From a virus (taxonomy: Duplodnaviria > Caudoviricetes): a stretch of 64,000 nt of DNA. The DNA lies in IMG/VR virus record IMGVR_UViG_3300033075_001437, positions 32,001 to 96,000 of that record; one strand, given 5' to 3'. The notes under the pieces were generated by a model. It searched no databases and was not told where the DNA came from. It worked only from the letters and a program-made list of their open reading frames with translations. Below are positions 20,058 to 31,380 of the stretch, in pieces (position 1 is the stretch's first letter; each line of letters opens with the position of its first letter). The translations under genes were made by a program, and so were the position numbers.

Positions 20058-23000
20058 CTAATTACCAGATCTGCGACTCGGTAAAATATTGCTACTGCCT
20101 TTTAAATAATTAGTAGCTTTATTCAAATTAACACCTTTCTGTAATAGCACGACGCTATCGCCATTTTTCATTAAATAATTATAATCTATCTCAGTTAGAA
20201 CACCAGTAGTGTAATCTCTAAGAAATGGTGTGTAAAATTCAATATTAACACTTTTATATCTTGCAGCACTTTTAACAGTAGTGTTATTGTTCTTAGGATC
20301 AAACAAATCACGCTTCACATTTAAAACTTTAGAAACATTAGCACTGTCAGACAATGGAACTTTTGGAAGTATGACAGGAGTTTCACCATCTAATTTGTCA
20401 TAAACATTATAATTATAAGGACCGCCATCAACATGGCCCAAATTATTACATATTAAATTGCTATAATCAACTGTAAATTCTACATCAACACTAAATTCTA
20501 AATAGAAAGGATTTACACCAGTTAATGTGAAATTACCATATAAATCAGGTATTTCATATAGCCTACTTCTGATATAATCAGCTGGCGAATTGTATGGTAT
20601 ACTCTTAATATACGTATTATTGTTAAAGTTAATAATAATATCATAACTACCAGATGTAGCATTAATAACAGTATATTTAAATTTTCTATTATAAATATCA
20701 CTTTGATTGCTAGACGATTTACAATTGTTTATAACATTTCGATATCTCTTAAATCCATTAGACCGATAAACAGAACCGTCTATAACTTGAATTTCATCGC
20801 AATCATAATTTGAAGATAAGATAGCTGACAAAATATTGGTAGCGCCAGTTGTAGCATTGATTAATGTAGACGACATATAAAGCCGTTTGTTAATATAATC
20901 AACACTTATAAATGACGACGAAGAATAACACGAAGAATTAGTTAAAACATAATCATTATGAACATTATATGGGTAACTGCTAATATTAGGCTTTAAACCT
21001 TGCTTTAATAATTCTACAGCATTAGAACCATCTGTATTAATTCTTAATAACATATTTAACTTGGGAGCCGCTGAGATGTCGATAGGGCTTTGAGTATATT
21101 GATTAATTACAGCAGACTCGTATGTATTAGGGTATGGGGCACTAGTGCAAAAAATAATGCCATCATGCTTATCAATATCTATAGCTAGTAACCTTGAGGA
21201 TGACTTATACAAAATTGTCTCATCTAATGTGTCCATATTTATTTTTATAACATATGAGGATATATTATCAATTTGATCCTCTAATAGTGATTGAGATATA
21301 GCATATATGCAATTGTCAAATTCATTATAAACAAACGATGACGGAGATTGTCTTATAGAAGTATCTCCTAATTTAGAATATGTATTGTCATTCATATTTA
21401 ATCGATATAAACCATATGATAAAACACCAAGACCTACATCGATTAAAGAAGCGAGAAAAAATATTCTATTATTCAGATTGTCAATTGTAAAATTTGAAAT
21501 ATAATTAAAATCACTATTACTTGACAATACTTTCGATGAACTACTATTAGATAGAGATATCTCATATAGTTCAGATGGGCTATTAACTATGTCGCTAATA
21601 TTATTGATGTCAGGCAAATACGGGCTTTTTAGAACGTATAGTTTATTAGTATTAACATTAATGTTCAAAACATCATACATATGGTTATTAACAGCATGAT
21701 CTTCAAACATTGTTTTTTCAACTAAATTAGCAACAGAATTCTTATGTATAATCTTATAATCATCCTCAGCAAAATCCATTTCGCTTATGCTGTTGTATGT
21801 TATTGCAGTATTCGCTGCCGTAAATGTTAAGACGCCATCTATAAAACCTGTATTGCCAGAAACAAATGTGTAATATAAACTATCAGCTTGAACACCGCCA
21901 TCGACAGTTATCTCAGCAGGTACTCCAAAATTCTCGACAACCACTGAAGCAGAACACGTTTCTTTATTAACAGCATTGCCTGATAATGAAACGTTTAAAC
22001 CAATACTACCAGACAAAATGTTGGTTATATTGTCACCATCATTAGACGAACATTTGTCCAAACCACTAATAGGCGTGCTTAATAAAAATTTAGTCTCTAA
22101 CCATCTTGCCATATTTGGCGTTCGTCCATATCTGTCATCATATACTTCTGACAGATCTATATCAGCTTTTAGACTTTTAGATATATTATTAACACCATTG
22201 TATCTTTCGTAATCTAACGTAACATTTATATAATCAGCTGAATCGCCATCACATAAATGATCTTCATAATCGCCTTCATATCTCATACCCAAGATCAATG
22301 AAATACTCTCTACTATAACATCTTCGGCGATATTACCTAAATTATTATAATAATACTCAAGATATTGTTTACTAGGTGATCTCATTAAGACCCACGCTTC
22401 AATTTCACCATTTGTTTGAGAATTCGCAGTATTAAGTGTCACTTGATCGTCATATGATGGAAAATCTATTGCCAATTCATCGTTAATTGCATTAACGCTT
22501 TTAGAAACATTCGGCGAGCATATTACATAAGAATGTTGATACTTGTTATTATTAAAATCAAAACCATCTCCATTCTGCAAATTTTGATATAAAACAAACG
22601 AACCACCATTCTCAAAAGTTCTTTTAAGATTATGGTTTAAAGCGTTATACTTGAATATAACGTCACGATTATCCTGCTTTCTGTAAGCATATGTGGCTGA
22701 AATGTCTGTTTCAGAAGATGAAATCGGATGTGCAGTACCGCCTACAATCCAATTGCTACACGTACCACCAGTATGTCTTAAACCTTTAGGAACTTGATCT
22801 ATATTAACATATTCGAATGCATATTTTGATCTAACTTCACTTTTAACTCTAAGTCTATATCTAAGCATTGCGCCTACTATTTTAATCTTTCTATCAGGAA
22901 CACCATTGAATTTCATTTTAATAGAAGGATTTATAATGCTATTGCATAAATCATACTTTATCAAATTATTGTCACTTTCGCAACATTCTATTTTAGAAAT

Positions 23001-26000
23001 AACTAAAGCTGCATTTTCACTAATCTCTATCCTTATCTTTATAATCCCATCAGAATCTGTTCTAGTGTTTATAGATATCGACCCATTTGATGAATAATTG
23101 CCTATGATATTATCATTTATTTTAACTGCAAAATAAAGATCAGTTAATTTTCTAAAAATATCTATTTTAGATAATTCGGCTACATAGATTATAATTTTTA
23201 CATCAGAATCAGGTTTAAGTCCTGTAAAATAACTTTCAGCATATAAAAATTTGTCACATAATAATGGAGAAATAAGTGGTGCGCACCTTGAACTAGATTG
23301 CAGTATTAACCCATTTGGTGTCCCAAGACCACCACTTTCTAAAGCGATAAACTTATCAAAACTAAAATTATTTATATGCGAATTATCACAGCTATAAGTA
23401 TTCGATATTGAGCATAGTGTCATGCTAGAAATATCAAATGTAAAATCGATTGGGTCAGACAATTCGATTTTCAATTCGATCATAATATCAAACGATTTAA
23501 GTTTATTGCCAAATTCGTCTAACCTATCACTTTCTATAAATGGATAATTAATATCATCAAATTTAAATCTTACAGGAACTTTAGAGCCACTAGTTATGTT
23601 GCTGAAGCTTTTAAACAATGACCAATCATAATTGCCATTGCTAACTTTATTTGGAATATAAATATTAACAGTAAATGATACATGATCACTTTTTGTATAA
23701 AACATAGACAGATAATATTCGAAATTATTTATAACCCATGCTTTTCTATATAAAGTGACGTTCGAATTGCCAGTTATAACTCTGTCTTCACTATCAAAAT
23801 ATAATGCGACATCGCCAACAGAAAATTGCGATGCCGCTATAAAGCTACCAACATATATCGCATAACTCACACTAGCTGAAACATCATTATTTAGTAAGGC
23901 TATCGAATGAATAAGATACTCCCACCCATTTTGCCTAGTATATGATTTATATGTATATGTGGTATTATTGTACGATAAATGGCTCAAAGATGAATCAACA
24001 TCTGCATAATCAGCATTATATGGTATACCAACGCTCGAACCAAATAAACCATTAGCATCAGAAGAAACTAACCTTAAAGTAAATGTCCCATAATTAGGAT
24101 TTTTATTAACTGTAACTTTTTGAAGACCACTATAACTACCGCCAAGCTGCACAACACCATCTTTTGCATACATATATGCAGCATAATCAAAATAATCAGT
24201 GCTAGATGAATAATTATCTAAATCTTGTTGATCGCTTATGCTTAATGGCACTGAATTATCATATATGACATTGATCGACCTATTAGTCCATTTACTTATC
24301 TTTAAGTATTTATTAGTTCCACATATACTAATAGGACATAATTTATATCCAAGCCTATTCAATGTCAATGATGTGTCTTGGTTCGCAAACCTACCTCTTG
24401 TTTCGATTTCAAAATAATTATAATCTTTAAATGACATATATCTAACATTGCCTGTCCCTAAACTATTCATAATCCATAGTCTTAAAGTTATCTCGCTATC
24501 AATATTTGTTTCTAAAACATCTGGTGAATAACTTATGAGCAATCTACTATAATCATATACAATATTAGAATAATCGACAGCATTATAATCCATACCTACA
24601 TGAACAAAATAATAAGGCGCATCACTTACTGTATACTTAAATGTCGAATTTATTATAGATACAGTATGGTCATTGTCGTCTAAAAATTCTATGATAAATG
24701 ATTGATACGATAATAAATGGATTTTGAAATTATTAATAAGAGATGGGTCTATATTATTTATAGCTTCTTTAAAATATAATGAATCAAAAGCAAAATATCT
24801 AGTGTTAACAACAGCTGTTGTCGTAAAATTGTCTATTTTTATTTCAATATCACCTGAATCAGCATGCTCATGATTTATAAGCCATGCGCATTTATAGCTA
24901 CCGCCTAGCTGTTTTAAACCTATAGAATTATAATTGTTAACAGTATTTATAGCTGATATATCTCCATTAACAGTGCCTTCGTCCCAACCATGGTGTTCAA
25001 TTCTTACCCAATATGGTCTTGGTGTTTGCTGTTCTATAAATGGAGAATCGTATAATATTTCATTCAACTTCATCCTCATATCTTGTTCAGCATATATCCC
25101 TGTGAATTCTATTTCGAAATACTCATAACCATCATGTGTATATCTATTTGCTATGGTGTTTCCAGAGCCTAAAACATCATCAAGAGCTGTTTGCAAATCA
25201 ATTGTAGTCCAACCAGAATTTAAAACCATAAATTCTGTGATATTATCATATGGAGAACTAACATAATTGCTTGAAAATGGCTTATCTCTATCCAATGTCA
25301 TAGCTAGCCTTAATGTTGGTTCTTCTATTATATAATTTATATCTTTTTGGGGTATTCTAGCATTTCTTTTTGGGTTATTATATGTTGTCCATATAAATTT
25401 ACTATTATATGTCCCGCCATTATTTAATTTTTCTACTGTTATTTTGCTATTTTTTATATCTCCTATTCTGCCGACATCGTCATAGTTCAAAACGTATCCA
25501 AATTTAGTATTTCTATTACCATGTCTTATTATTGTCTTAACTGTAACATCATTCGCAGATGTTGTACTGTCAGTATTAGTATACCTTGGAAATAAATTAG
25601 GTTTAACAAGGCTCCAATCTCTATCAGCTGTTGTTAGTTGTAATGATCCGATACTTTCATTATCGCTATATAATAATTCATAACCATGTTCAGAATTAGA
25701 ACAAATCACTCTAGTTTGAGTTAACTTTACATCATCTATTGTTATTAATTTGTCAGTATGATAATTATATGGGTTATTTGTGACATTGCCAAGATTTGAC
25801 AATGTTATTTTTAACGTGCCATTAGATGTTAAATATTCTGTAACTGTATCATTAAATTCTAAAGGGTTCGCAATTTGATCAGTTATGCCATAATCAGTGC
25901 TTATCTTATAAATTTTATCTATAATAGACGGATTAGATGCACTTGATATGTTTAATCTTATTCTGCCTATATTATTACCTGTAAAATTATTATAATTTAG

Positions 26001-26528
26001 AACTTTGAAAGTAAATTTTAATTCATATCCAGGCTCTGTTGAGACAGTTGTAGATAAATCTCCATTGACATATATATCAACATTTTTATTAGTTTCATTA
26101 TGTTTTATACCAGGGCCATAATATACCTCATCTAAATACTCTTTATTTATTATATTATATGTCCAATTTTGAAGATTTTCAAATTCACCATTTATAAGAT
26201 TATCAGTTAAAACTGTTTGTTTTATTATTCTTTCTGGTGTTATAGAATCAACAGCTATATTTAACTTTTCATTTGTAAATTTTTGAGACTGTATGCTAGT
26301 TGTATCAACCGTATTTTTAGATTTAAATTTTGGATATTCAGAGTAAATTTTATTATGAGCAACTTCATAAACAGAATTTTCTACTGGTCTTCCTTGATCG
26401 CATTCAAGACCACCATTACCGTCTTGTCTGCAAGTCGCTTTGATTGTTTTTGTAGTTTCTTCATCTATCACAATGAGTTCTACAAATGAAGTCTCTGAGA
26501 CGTTTTGATTTATTTTTCCAATTTCCAT
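20058..26528 (-). CDS. very large probable virion (tail/fibre) protein
   Basis: 2156 aa, N/S/T/Y-rich and beta-rich; repeated GTFTL..IPYNA-type modules and a propeller-like region (IDNLNNRIFF, IDKHDGIIF, VDYINKRLY). Confidence 0.6.
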   Translation of the reverse strand: MEIGKINQNVSETSFVELIVIDEETTKTIKATCRQDGNGGLECDQGRPVENSVYEVAHNKIYSEYPKFKSKNTVDTTSIQSQKFTNEKLNIAVDSITPERIIKQTVLTDNLINGEFENLQNWTYNIINKEYLDEVYYGPGIKHNETNKNVDIYVNGDLSTTVSTEPGYELKFTFKVLNYNNFTGNNIGRIRLNISSASNPSIIDKIYKISTDYGITDQIANPLEFNDTVTEYLTSNGTLKITLSNLGNVTNNPYNYHTDKLITIDDVKLTQTRVICSNSEHGYELLYSDNESIGSLQLTTADRDWSLVKPNLFPRYTNTDSTTSANDVTVKTIIRHGNRNTKFGYVLNYDDVGRIGDIKNSKITVEKLNNGGTYNSKFIWTTYNNPKRNARIPQKDINYIIEEPTLRLAMTLDRDKPFSSNYVSSPYDNITEFMVLNSGWTTIDLQTALDDVLGSGNTIANRYTHDGYEYFEIEFTGIYAEQDMRMKLNEILYDSPFIEQQTPRPYWVRIEHHGWDEGTVNGDISAINTVNNYNSIGLKQLGGSYKCAWLINHEHADSGDIEIKIDNFTTTAVVNTRYFAFDSLYFKEAINNIDPSLINNFKIHLLSYQSFIIEFLDDNDHTVSIINSTFKYTVSDAPYYFVHVGMDYNAVDYSNIVYDYSRLLISYSPDVLETNIDSEITLRLWIMNSLGTGNVRYMSFKDYNYFEIETRGRFANQDTSLTLNRLGYKLCPISICGTNKYLKISKWTNRSINVIYDNSVPLSISDQQDLDNYSSSTDYFDYAAYMYAKDGVVQLGGSYSGLQKVTVNKNPNYGTFTLRLVSSDANGLFGSSVGIPYNADYADVDSSLSHLSYNNTTYTYKSYTRQNGWEYLIHSIALLNNDVSASVSYAIYVGSFIAASQFSVGDVALYFDSEDRVITGNSNVTLYRKAWVINNFEYYLSMFYTKSDHVSFTVNIYIPNKVSNGNYDWSLFKSFSNITSGSKVPVRFKFDDINYPFIESDRLDEFGNKLKSFDIMIELKIELSDPIDFTFDISSMTLCSISNTYSCDNSHINNFSFDKFIALESGGLGTPNGLILQSSSRCAPLISPLLCDKFLYAESYFTGLKPDSDVKIIIYVAELSKIDIFRKLTDLYFAVKINDNIIGNYSSNGSISINTRTDSDGIIKIRIEISENAALVISKIECCESDNNLIKYDLCNSIINPSIKMKFNGVPDRKIKIVGAMLRYRLRVKSEVRSKYAFEYVNIDQVPKGLRHTGGTCSNWIVGGTAHPISSSETDISATYAYRKQDNRDVIFKYNALNHNLKRTFENGGSFVLYQNLQNGDGFDFNNNKYQHSYVICSPNVSKSVNAINDELAIDFPSYDDQVTLNTANSQTNGEIEAWVLMRSPSKQYLEYYYNNLGNIAEDVIVESISLILGMRYEGDYEDHLCDGDSADYINVTLDYERYNGVNNISKSLKADIDLSEVYDDRYGRTPNMARWLETKFLLSTPISGLDKCSSNDGDNITNILSGSIGLNVSLSGNAVNKETCSASVVVENFGVPAEITVDGGVQADSLYYTFVSGNTGFIDGVLTFTAANTAITYNSISEMDFAEDDYKIIHKNSVANLVEKTMFEDHAVNNHMYDVLNINVNTNKLYVLKSPYLPDINNISDIVNSPSELYEISLSNSSSSKVLSSNSDFNYISNFTIDNLNNRIFFLASLIDVGLGVLSYGLYRLNMNDNTYSKLGDTSIRQSPSSFVYNEFDNCIYAISQSLLEDQIDNISSYVIKINMDTLDETILYKSSSRLLAIDIDKHDGIIFCTSAPYPNTYESAVINQYTQSPIDISAAPKLNMLLRINTDGSNAVELLKQGLKPNISSYPYNVHNDYVLTNSSCYSSSSFISVDYINKRLYMSSTLINATTGATNILSAILSSNYDCDEIQVIDGSVYRSNGFKRYRNVINNCKSSSNQSDIYNRKFKYTVINATSGSYDIIINFNNNTYIKSIPYNSPADYIRSRLYEIPDLYGNFTLTGVNPFYLEFSVDVEFTVDYSNLICNNLGHVDGGPYNYNVYDKLDGETPVILPKVPLSDSANVSKVLNVKRDLFDPKNNNTTVKSAARYKSVNIEFYTPFLRDYTTGVLTEIDYNYLMKNGDSVVLLQKGVNLNKATNYLKGSSNILPSRRSGN

Positions 26529-26557
26529 TTATTTCACCTTTTTCTCATTTATATTTA

Positions 26558-26909
26558 TATGGCTAAAACTTTTGAAAAGTCAAAACAAATGAAAACTGAA
26601 AATGATAATTTCAAACAATATAGTAAATACGATTATAAAGGTTTACAAAAAGAAATAGAAGCTGATATAATAAGACATAAAGACAAGTTTGATTTTAAAG
26701 AAATATTGAGTTCAATATTATCAAGATATTCTGATACAATATTGAACAATAGTTTGCATCATCAAACATTCTTGATATCTAAAATAGCAGAATCACATGA
26801 GGAACTTGACAACTCTCTAAAAAATGAAGCAAGATCGCTATCAAAAGTAAGTTCATTATCAGCAGAAATAAAAAAATTATCAAATAAATTGGACAAAAAT
26901 GATAAATGA
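26558..26909 (+). CDS. hypothetical protein (start approximate)
   Basis: Plus-strand helical ORF; likely start at MAKTFEK. Confidence 0.5.
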
Positions 26910-27162
26910 TAAAGATGTATTAATATCAATAATAATTGACAATATTAAAAAATCAACATCTCTATTAATTGAAAAACAAGGAAGAGATACTATAAAAATT
27001 TATGCGAAAACACATTATATAGATATTCACGTCTGTTCTATAAGATTATTTGAAACTTATCTTGGCATATTGCGTGTTTATAAACACAATGTGACTAATA
27101 TAGATTATAGTGATTTAGATATGGACGAATTAATGCTCCATATTAAAAAGTTTGAAGAATAA
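26899..27162 (+). CDS. small paralog-family protein
   Basis: Ends NIDYSDLDMDELM, like the ORFs at 40675, 40887 and 41572. Confidence 0.6.
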   Translation: MINDKDVLISIIIDNIKKSTSLLIEKQGRDTIKIYAKTHYIDIHVCSIRLFETYLGILRVYKHNVTNIDYSDLDMDELMLHIKKFEE

Positions 27163-27163
27163 A

Positions 27164-27391
27164 TCACCCTCCTGGTGAAACTGTAGCACGAACAGCGGCA
27201 TCTTTCGATTCCAATAACTTGCGTAAAGCCACAGTCCGCTCAGGCCCAGGTTCGATCAACGCACATAATGACACAGCTAATTCGTAAAACTTAGAAGAAA
27301 CCACTTTCAAATGATCAGGCAAATGTTCGAAAGCGAACCATTTCAACATTCTGTCTTCAACAACAACCGTTCCCATTTCATCGGATTCCAT
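27164..27391 (-). CDS. conserved small helical phage protein
   Basis: WFAFEHLPDHL..GPERTVALRKLLESKDAAVRA. Confidence 0.7.
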   Translation of the reverse strand: MESDEMGTVVVEDRMLKWFAFEHLPDHLKVVSSKFYELAVSLCALIEPGPERTVALRKLLESKDAAVRATVSPGG

Positions 27392-27538
27392 TGAACATCG
27401 GCTTTCGATAGGGTCACTTGCTATTACAACACCAGATTACCCTAATGGGCTATTCGCTAATTCGGTTAAAAGGTTAGTATGAACAATCGTAGCAGAACTA
27501 ATCTTATCGCAGCTACTAGACGGTTTCTTTTTTCATAA

Positions 27539-27925
27539 TTATGTAAAATGTTTTTTAGTATCTGGGCCTTTTTTATTTAATTTATCTTTTAAATAGTCAA
27601 CTTCACCAGGCTGTCTATATTGTGCGTATGGGTCTTCTTTAGTTAAATGATATTTGGACATATCTCTCTTGCAACCAGCGATGTCAAGATATCCATTTCC
27701 TGCGACATAACCTATAATTTCAAGACCGTGCATATACTTATAAGTATCATTAGAGCCGCATCTAGGGCATTTAGTTGTATTTAATAACTCATCCTCAGTG
27801 GGATGCATTTGATGTTTTGTTTCAAACACAGCGTCAATCATCATGAGATCTGAAAGCTCTTCAACAGCATGTTCAGATCTTAATTTGTTTTCGCAAACCT
27901 TACAAGCATAATTATACAGTGGCAT
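27539..27925 (-). CDS. FmdB-like zinc ribbon protein
   Basis: MPLYNYACKVC...CPRCGS. Confidence 0.75.
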   Translation of the reverse strand: MPLYNYACKVCENKLRSEHAVEELSDLMMIDAVFETKHQMHPTEDELLNTTKCPRCGSNDTYKYMHGLEIIGYVAGNGYLDIAGCKRDMSKYHLTKEDPYAQYRQPGEVDYLKDKLNKKGPDTKKHFT

Positions 27926-28331
27926 CTTCTATGATCACATATTTTACAGGGGTAGTTTTCAAAATCAATGATCGCTCTGACATAATAATTACTCTTTGAT
28001 CTTTATATACACCACTGTCAGTGTTAATCATATGGACAACTTGCCTATCATTAAACACGACAGTGTCTCCAACTTTAATATCAGATTTACATAATGAACT
28101 AACACCTACAACGATACCTTCATTTTTATATCCTTGATCATTAGATAACAATATACTACCAGCTGCCATTTTAAATTGAATAACAGCTATATAATCATTA
28201 TAACAAACTAAAGGCTTTATCGATATGATATCATTCTTGGTATAACTCTTATTCTCGACCAAAACAGTCTTTACGGTGCTGTTTTCATCCAATGCCTTTT
28301 CTTCTGCCAACAACGTTGCGCTTTTCATTTC
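27912..28331 (-). CDS. groES: co-chaperonin GroES-like
   Basis: KPLVCYNDYIAV..AAGSILL..EGIVVGV..IKVGDTVVF..IIMSERSLI; start probably MKSAT. Confidence 0.7.
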   Translation of the reverse strand, partial: EMKSATLLAEEKALDENSTVKTVLVENKSYTKNDIISIKPLVCYNDYIAVIQFKMAAGSILLSNDQGYKNEGIVVGVSSLCKSDIKVGDTVVFNDRQVVHMINTDSGVYKDQRVIIMSERSLILKTTPVKYVIIEDATV

Positions 28332-28341
28332 ATTCTTTCTA

Positions 28342-29664
28342 TTAGAGTTTTTCTTTAACCAACATTTTATCGTACTCAATCGTGCATTCTACAGTTTGAT
28401 TTTTAGGCCCATTTCTGTTTTTTGCAACGAACATTCTTAATTGTGCAGGTTTTTGTCTTGCTTCTGCGTCAGATTGATTTAAACTTATAACATAATCAAG
28501 AGGAAACTGCTTGCCGAAGCTCTCAGCAGCTTTTGTCATGTCAATGCTCTCACTGCCAGTAGAAGCGCCAGCTCTATTTGTTTGAGTGGCAGTAAAAATA
28601 AGAACATTCTCGTTTTTAGCCAACCCACGAACCTCAGTAGCTACGTGCTTTTGTCTCGTATAATCGTCAGAATTATAAGCGTCATGCCTGCTAACCATCA
28701 AATCCAAATAATCAAGTATTATGACATCAGGTTTCCAACCTTCCATGCGTTTTGTATTATCTATCAAGGAATATATATGGTTAACACTGCATTCATCTGG
28801 AGGGTATTCATATATCAATAATCTTTTATTATAAGTTGCTTTCATATTTTCCATGATTCTTTCAATATGTTCTTTATGATCGCTAACCGCATTGACTGGA
28901 ACAGCAGTTGTTATACCTAAACATCTTAGAGCAGTTTTAACAGTGTCTAATTCGAAAGTGACCAGCAGAACATTTTGGCCTATAGAACCCTCAGCACCCA
29001 TGCCTTTCAAAGATGCTATTGCATTATTACATAATAACATCGACTTTCCAGAGTTCGTTGGTGCTAGCCAGCAAACTACTTCTTTTGGTGATGGGCCTCC
29101 ATTGTTTAATATTTTGTCTAATTTAGGAAAACCAGTTGTTCTATGTTCAACAGACGATGGTTCTAACAAAAATTTGTAGTTCTCTAAGAACCAAAACCCT
29201 TTAGATCCAACATCTGCTATTCTATTGGCAGTATTTACTACTTCTTCAAGTTTACTGTAATCGCCACGATGATATGCTTCTATTGACTCTTCGCTATATA
29301 ATAAACCGAATGCTTTTATTTTGGCCCATTTCAATAGAGAATCTTTTACTATAGGCACTTCTCTTGGGTTCGATTTTTTATTAACTATATCTAATATGAT
29401 TTTATAGTCGCTGCTTGTGTCTAATTCAGATGTAATTTTATCTAATAATATATCCCTAGTAGGTATTACACTATAGCTTTCATAACAATTTAATATATGC
29501 GCTATAATATATCTACATTCATTTCTTGTAAACATCTCTGGCTTCATGAATCGGCCAACAGATGTAAAAAATTCTGGATGATCTATTGCTAATGATATTA
29601 TCGCTTCTTCTTCAAATTCGCTAAATTCTGATTTTTCTTTTATTAATTTATCGAATGTTCCCAT
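28342..29664 (-). CDS. dnaB: replicative DNA helicase (DnaB/gp41)
   Basis: TGFPKLD, APTNSGKS, TFEL, ILDYLD, ATQTNR, KNRNG. Confidence 0.92.
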   Translation of the reverse strand: MGTFDKLIKEKSEFSEFEEEAIISLAIDHPEFFTSVGRFMKPEMFTRNECRYIIAHILNCYESYSVIPTRDILLDKITSELDTSSDYKIILDIVNKKSNPREVPIVKDSLLKWAKIKAFGLLYSEESIEAYHRGDYSKLEEVVNTANRIADVGSKGFWFLENYKFLLEPSSVEHRTTGFPKLDKILNNGGPSPKEVVCWLAPTNSGKSMLLCNNAIASLKGMGAEGSIGQNVLLVTFELDTVKTALRCLGITTAVPVNAVSDHKEHIERIMENMKATYNKRLLIYEYPPDECSVNHIYSLIDNTKRMEGWKPDVIILDYLDLMVSRHDAYNSDDYTRQKHVATEVRGLAKNENVLIFTATQTNRAGASTGSESIDMTKAAESFGKQFPLDYVISLNQSDAEARQKPAQLRMFVAKNRNGPKNQTVECTIEYDKMLVKEKL

Positions 29665-29963
29665 TATTCATCACATATAGTTTCGTTGTGTTGTTTTAAT
29701 TTATCATACATTCGTTTAGCGTAAGCTTCAGCTAGTATTGTTGCGTCGCAATAACTAACAAATTCGTCTTCTGAATAATATAATGTCGATTTGTTAACAG
29801 TTGAAACTCTATTAATAGAAGTATCTCTACTAAATGTCGTAGTGTACAACCATGTTGTGTTGTATATATGAATACCATTTACTCTTACAGCTTCTAAATG
29901 GCCAATCGCAGCCGATTCTCTCAGATAAACCAAACTGCCGATTGAAAATTTAGGCTGATTCAT
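29664..29963 (-). CDS. hypothetical protein
   Basis: PKFSIGSLVY N-terminus (SH3/KOW-like). Confidence 0.55.
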   Translation of the reverse strand: MNQPKFSIGSLVYLRESAAIGHLEAVRVNGIHIYNTTWLYTTTFSRDTSINRVSTVNKSTLYYSEDEFVSYCDATILAEAYAKRMYDKLKQHNETICDE

Positions 29964-29967
29964 ATGA

Positions 29968-31116
29968 TCATTCTTCGATTGGGAAGTCTTCTAAAGAATC
30001 GTCATCAATTTCTTCTAGAATATCTTCTTGATCTATCATAGTATTTTTGACAGATATTTGTGAATATACTAATTTCTTTATTTCATCGAAAGTTTCTTTA
30101 TTTTGATTTAGAAATTTAGAAGCATTGCTTTCACCATTACCTAAAATAACATCATTATATCTATAATGACTACCATTTCTAGTAACCAATTTAAAATCAA
30201 CAGCTGTCTTTAATAAAGCAGAAGCTTCATCTATACCATATCTTCCATCTTGACCAACATATATAGTATATAACGCATTAGTAAATGGAGGTGCAACTTT
30301 ATTCTTGATAAAGCTTAATTTAGGAGTAAAACCGACAACTGTGTCACCATCTTTAAGCTGTGAACCTTTTGTTATTTTACATCTAACTGAAGAATAAAAT
30401 CTCAACGCTCTGCCGCCCGGCGTTGTTTCATTGTCACCAAACATCACTCCGATTTTTTCTCTAACTTGATTGACGAATAAAACAGTAGTGTCGCATGTGC
30501 TACATTTACCCTTCAAAGCATTCAATCCCTTGCTCATAAGCCTAGCTTGGTCACCTATAGTATTATCTGATATATCACCTTCAAGTTGTTTTTTAGGTAT
30601 TAAAGCAGCGACAGAATCCACAACAACCATATCTATAAGCTTAGATTGAACCAATGTTTTAATGATATCGAAAGCCTGATCACCATTATCAGGTTGTGAA
30701 ATAATCAATTTATTGATATCAACCCCAATCTTCGAAGCCCATTCTATATCAAGAGCATGCTCTGCATCTATAAATGCAACCACTCCGTATCGTTTCTTAT
30801 CTTCAAAATAATGTTTTTGGCAGGCTTTAATTAATTGCAGACACGTAGTTGTCTTACCACTACTTTCTGCGCCAAATATTTCAATTATTCTTCCTCTTGG
30901 TATTCCTCCGCATCCTATCGCTATGTCTATTGTTGGTATTCCTGTCGGTATAGATTTAATATTTAACACAGTATTATTCCTGCCTAAAATTATAGTCCCA
31001 TCTCCAAAATTTTGATCAACCATTTTTAACAATTCTTCTATATTATTAACCTGCGGTTGCTTTTTAACTTTAACAGAATCTTCTTGACCATCTTCAGTTT
31101 TCTTATTCTTTGCCAT
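29968..31116 (-). CDS. recA: RecA recombinase
   Basis: GAESSGKTT, FIDAEHALD, VDSVAAL, QARLMS, NQVREKIGVMFG, GGRALRFYSS, KNKVAPP; start MAKNK after GGAGG. Confidence 0.97.
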   Translation of the reverse strand: MAKNKKTEDGQEDSVKVKKQPQVNNIEELLKMVDQNFGDGTIILGRNNTVLNIKSIPTGIPTIDIAIGCGGIPRGRIIEIFGAESSGKTTTCLQLIKACQKHYFEDKKRYGVVAFIDAEHALDIEWASKIGVDINKLIISQPDNGDQAFDIIKTLVQSKLIDMVVVDSVAALIPKKQLEGDISDNTIGDQARLMSKGLNALKGKCSTCDTTVLFVNQVREKIGVMFGDNETTPGGRALRFYSSVRCKITKGSQLKDGDTVVGFTPKLSFIKNKVAPPFTNALYTIYVGQDGRYGIDEASALLKTAVDFKLVTRNGSHYRYNDVILGNGESNASKFLNQNKETFDEIKKLVYSQISVKNTMIDQEDILEEIDDDSLEDFPIEE

Positions 31117-31380
31117 CTCTAAACCTCCTAAAATCATTTAAAAAATCGATGTTATAACCTAAAACTTTAAAAACGTCTTTTGCCGGAATTTTAATTACAA
31201 CATTGTTTTTGCATAGCATTAACTCGTCATCGATTGCTGATGATACTATCCATGGCCCATCTGGTTTAACTTCATAATCAGGCGGTGCTGACAAATACGA
31301 AACATTCTTGGTAGTTAAAATTATAACCTGATCTAAAATTCCAATTCTATTAGTCATCAAAATTAAAATGGAGTAAAATT

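Noticed and set aside
27392-27536. Possible frameshifted small ORF at an A-run
   Set aside because: Only about 30 codons with no recognisable similarity
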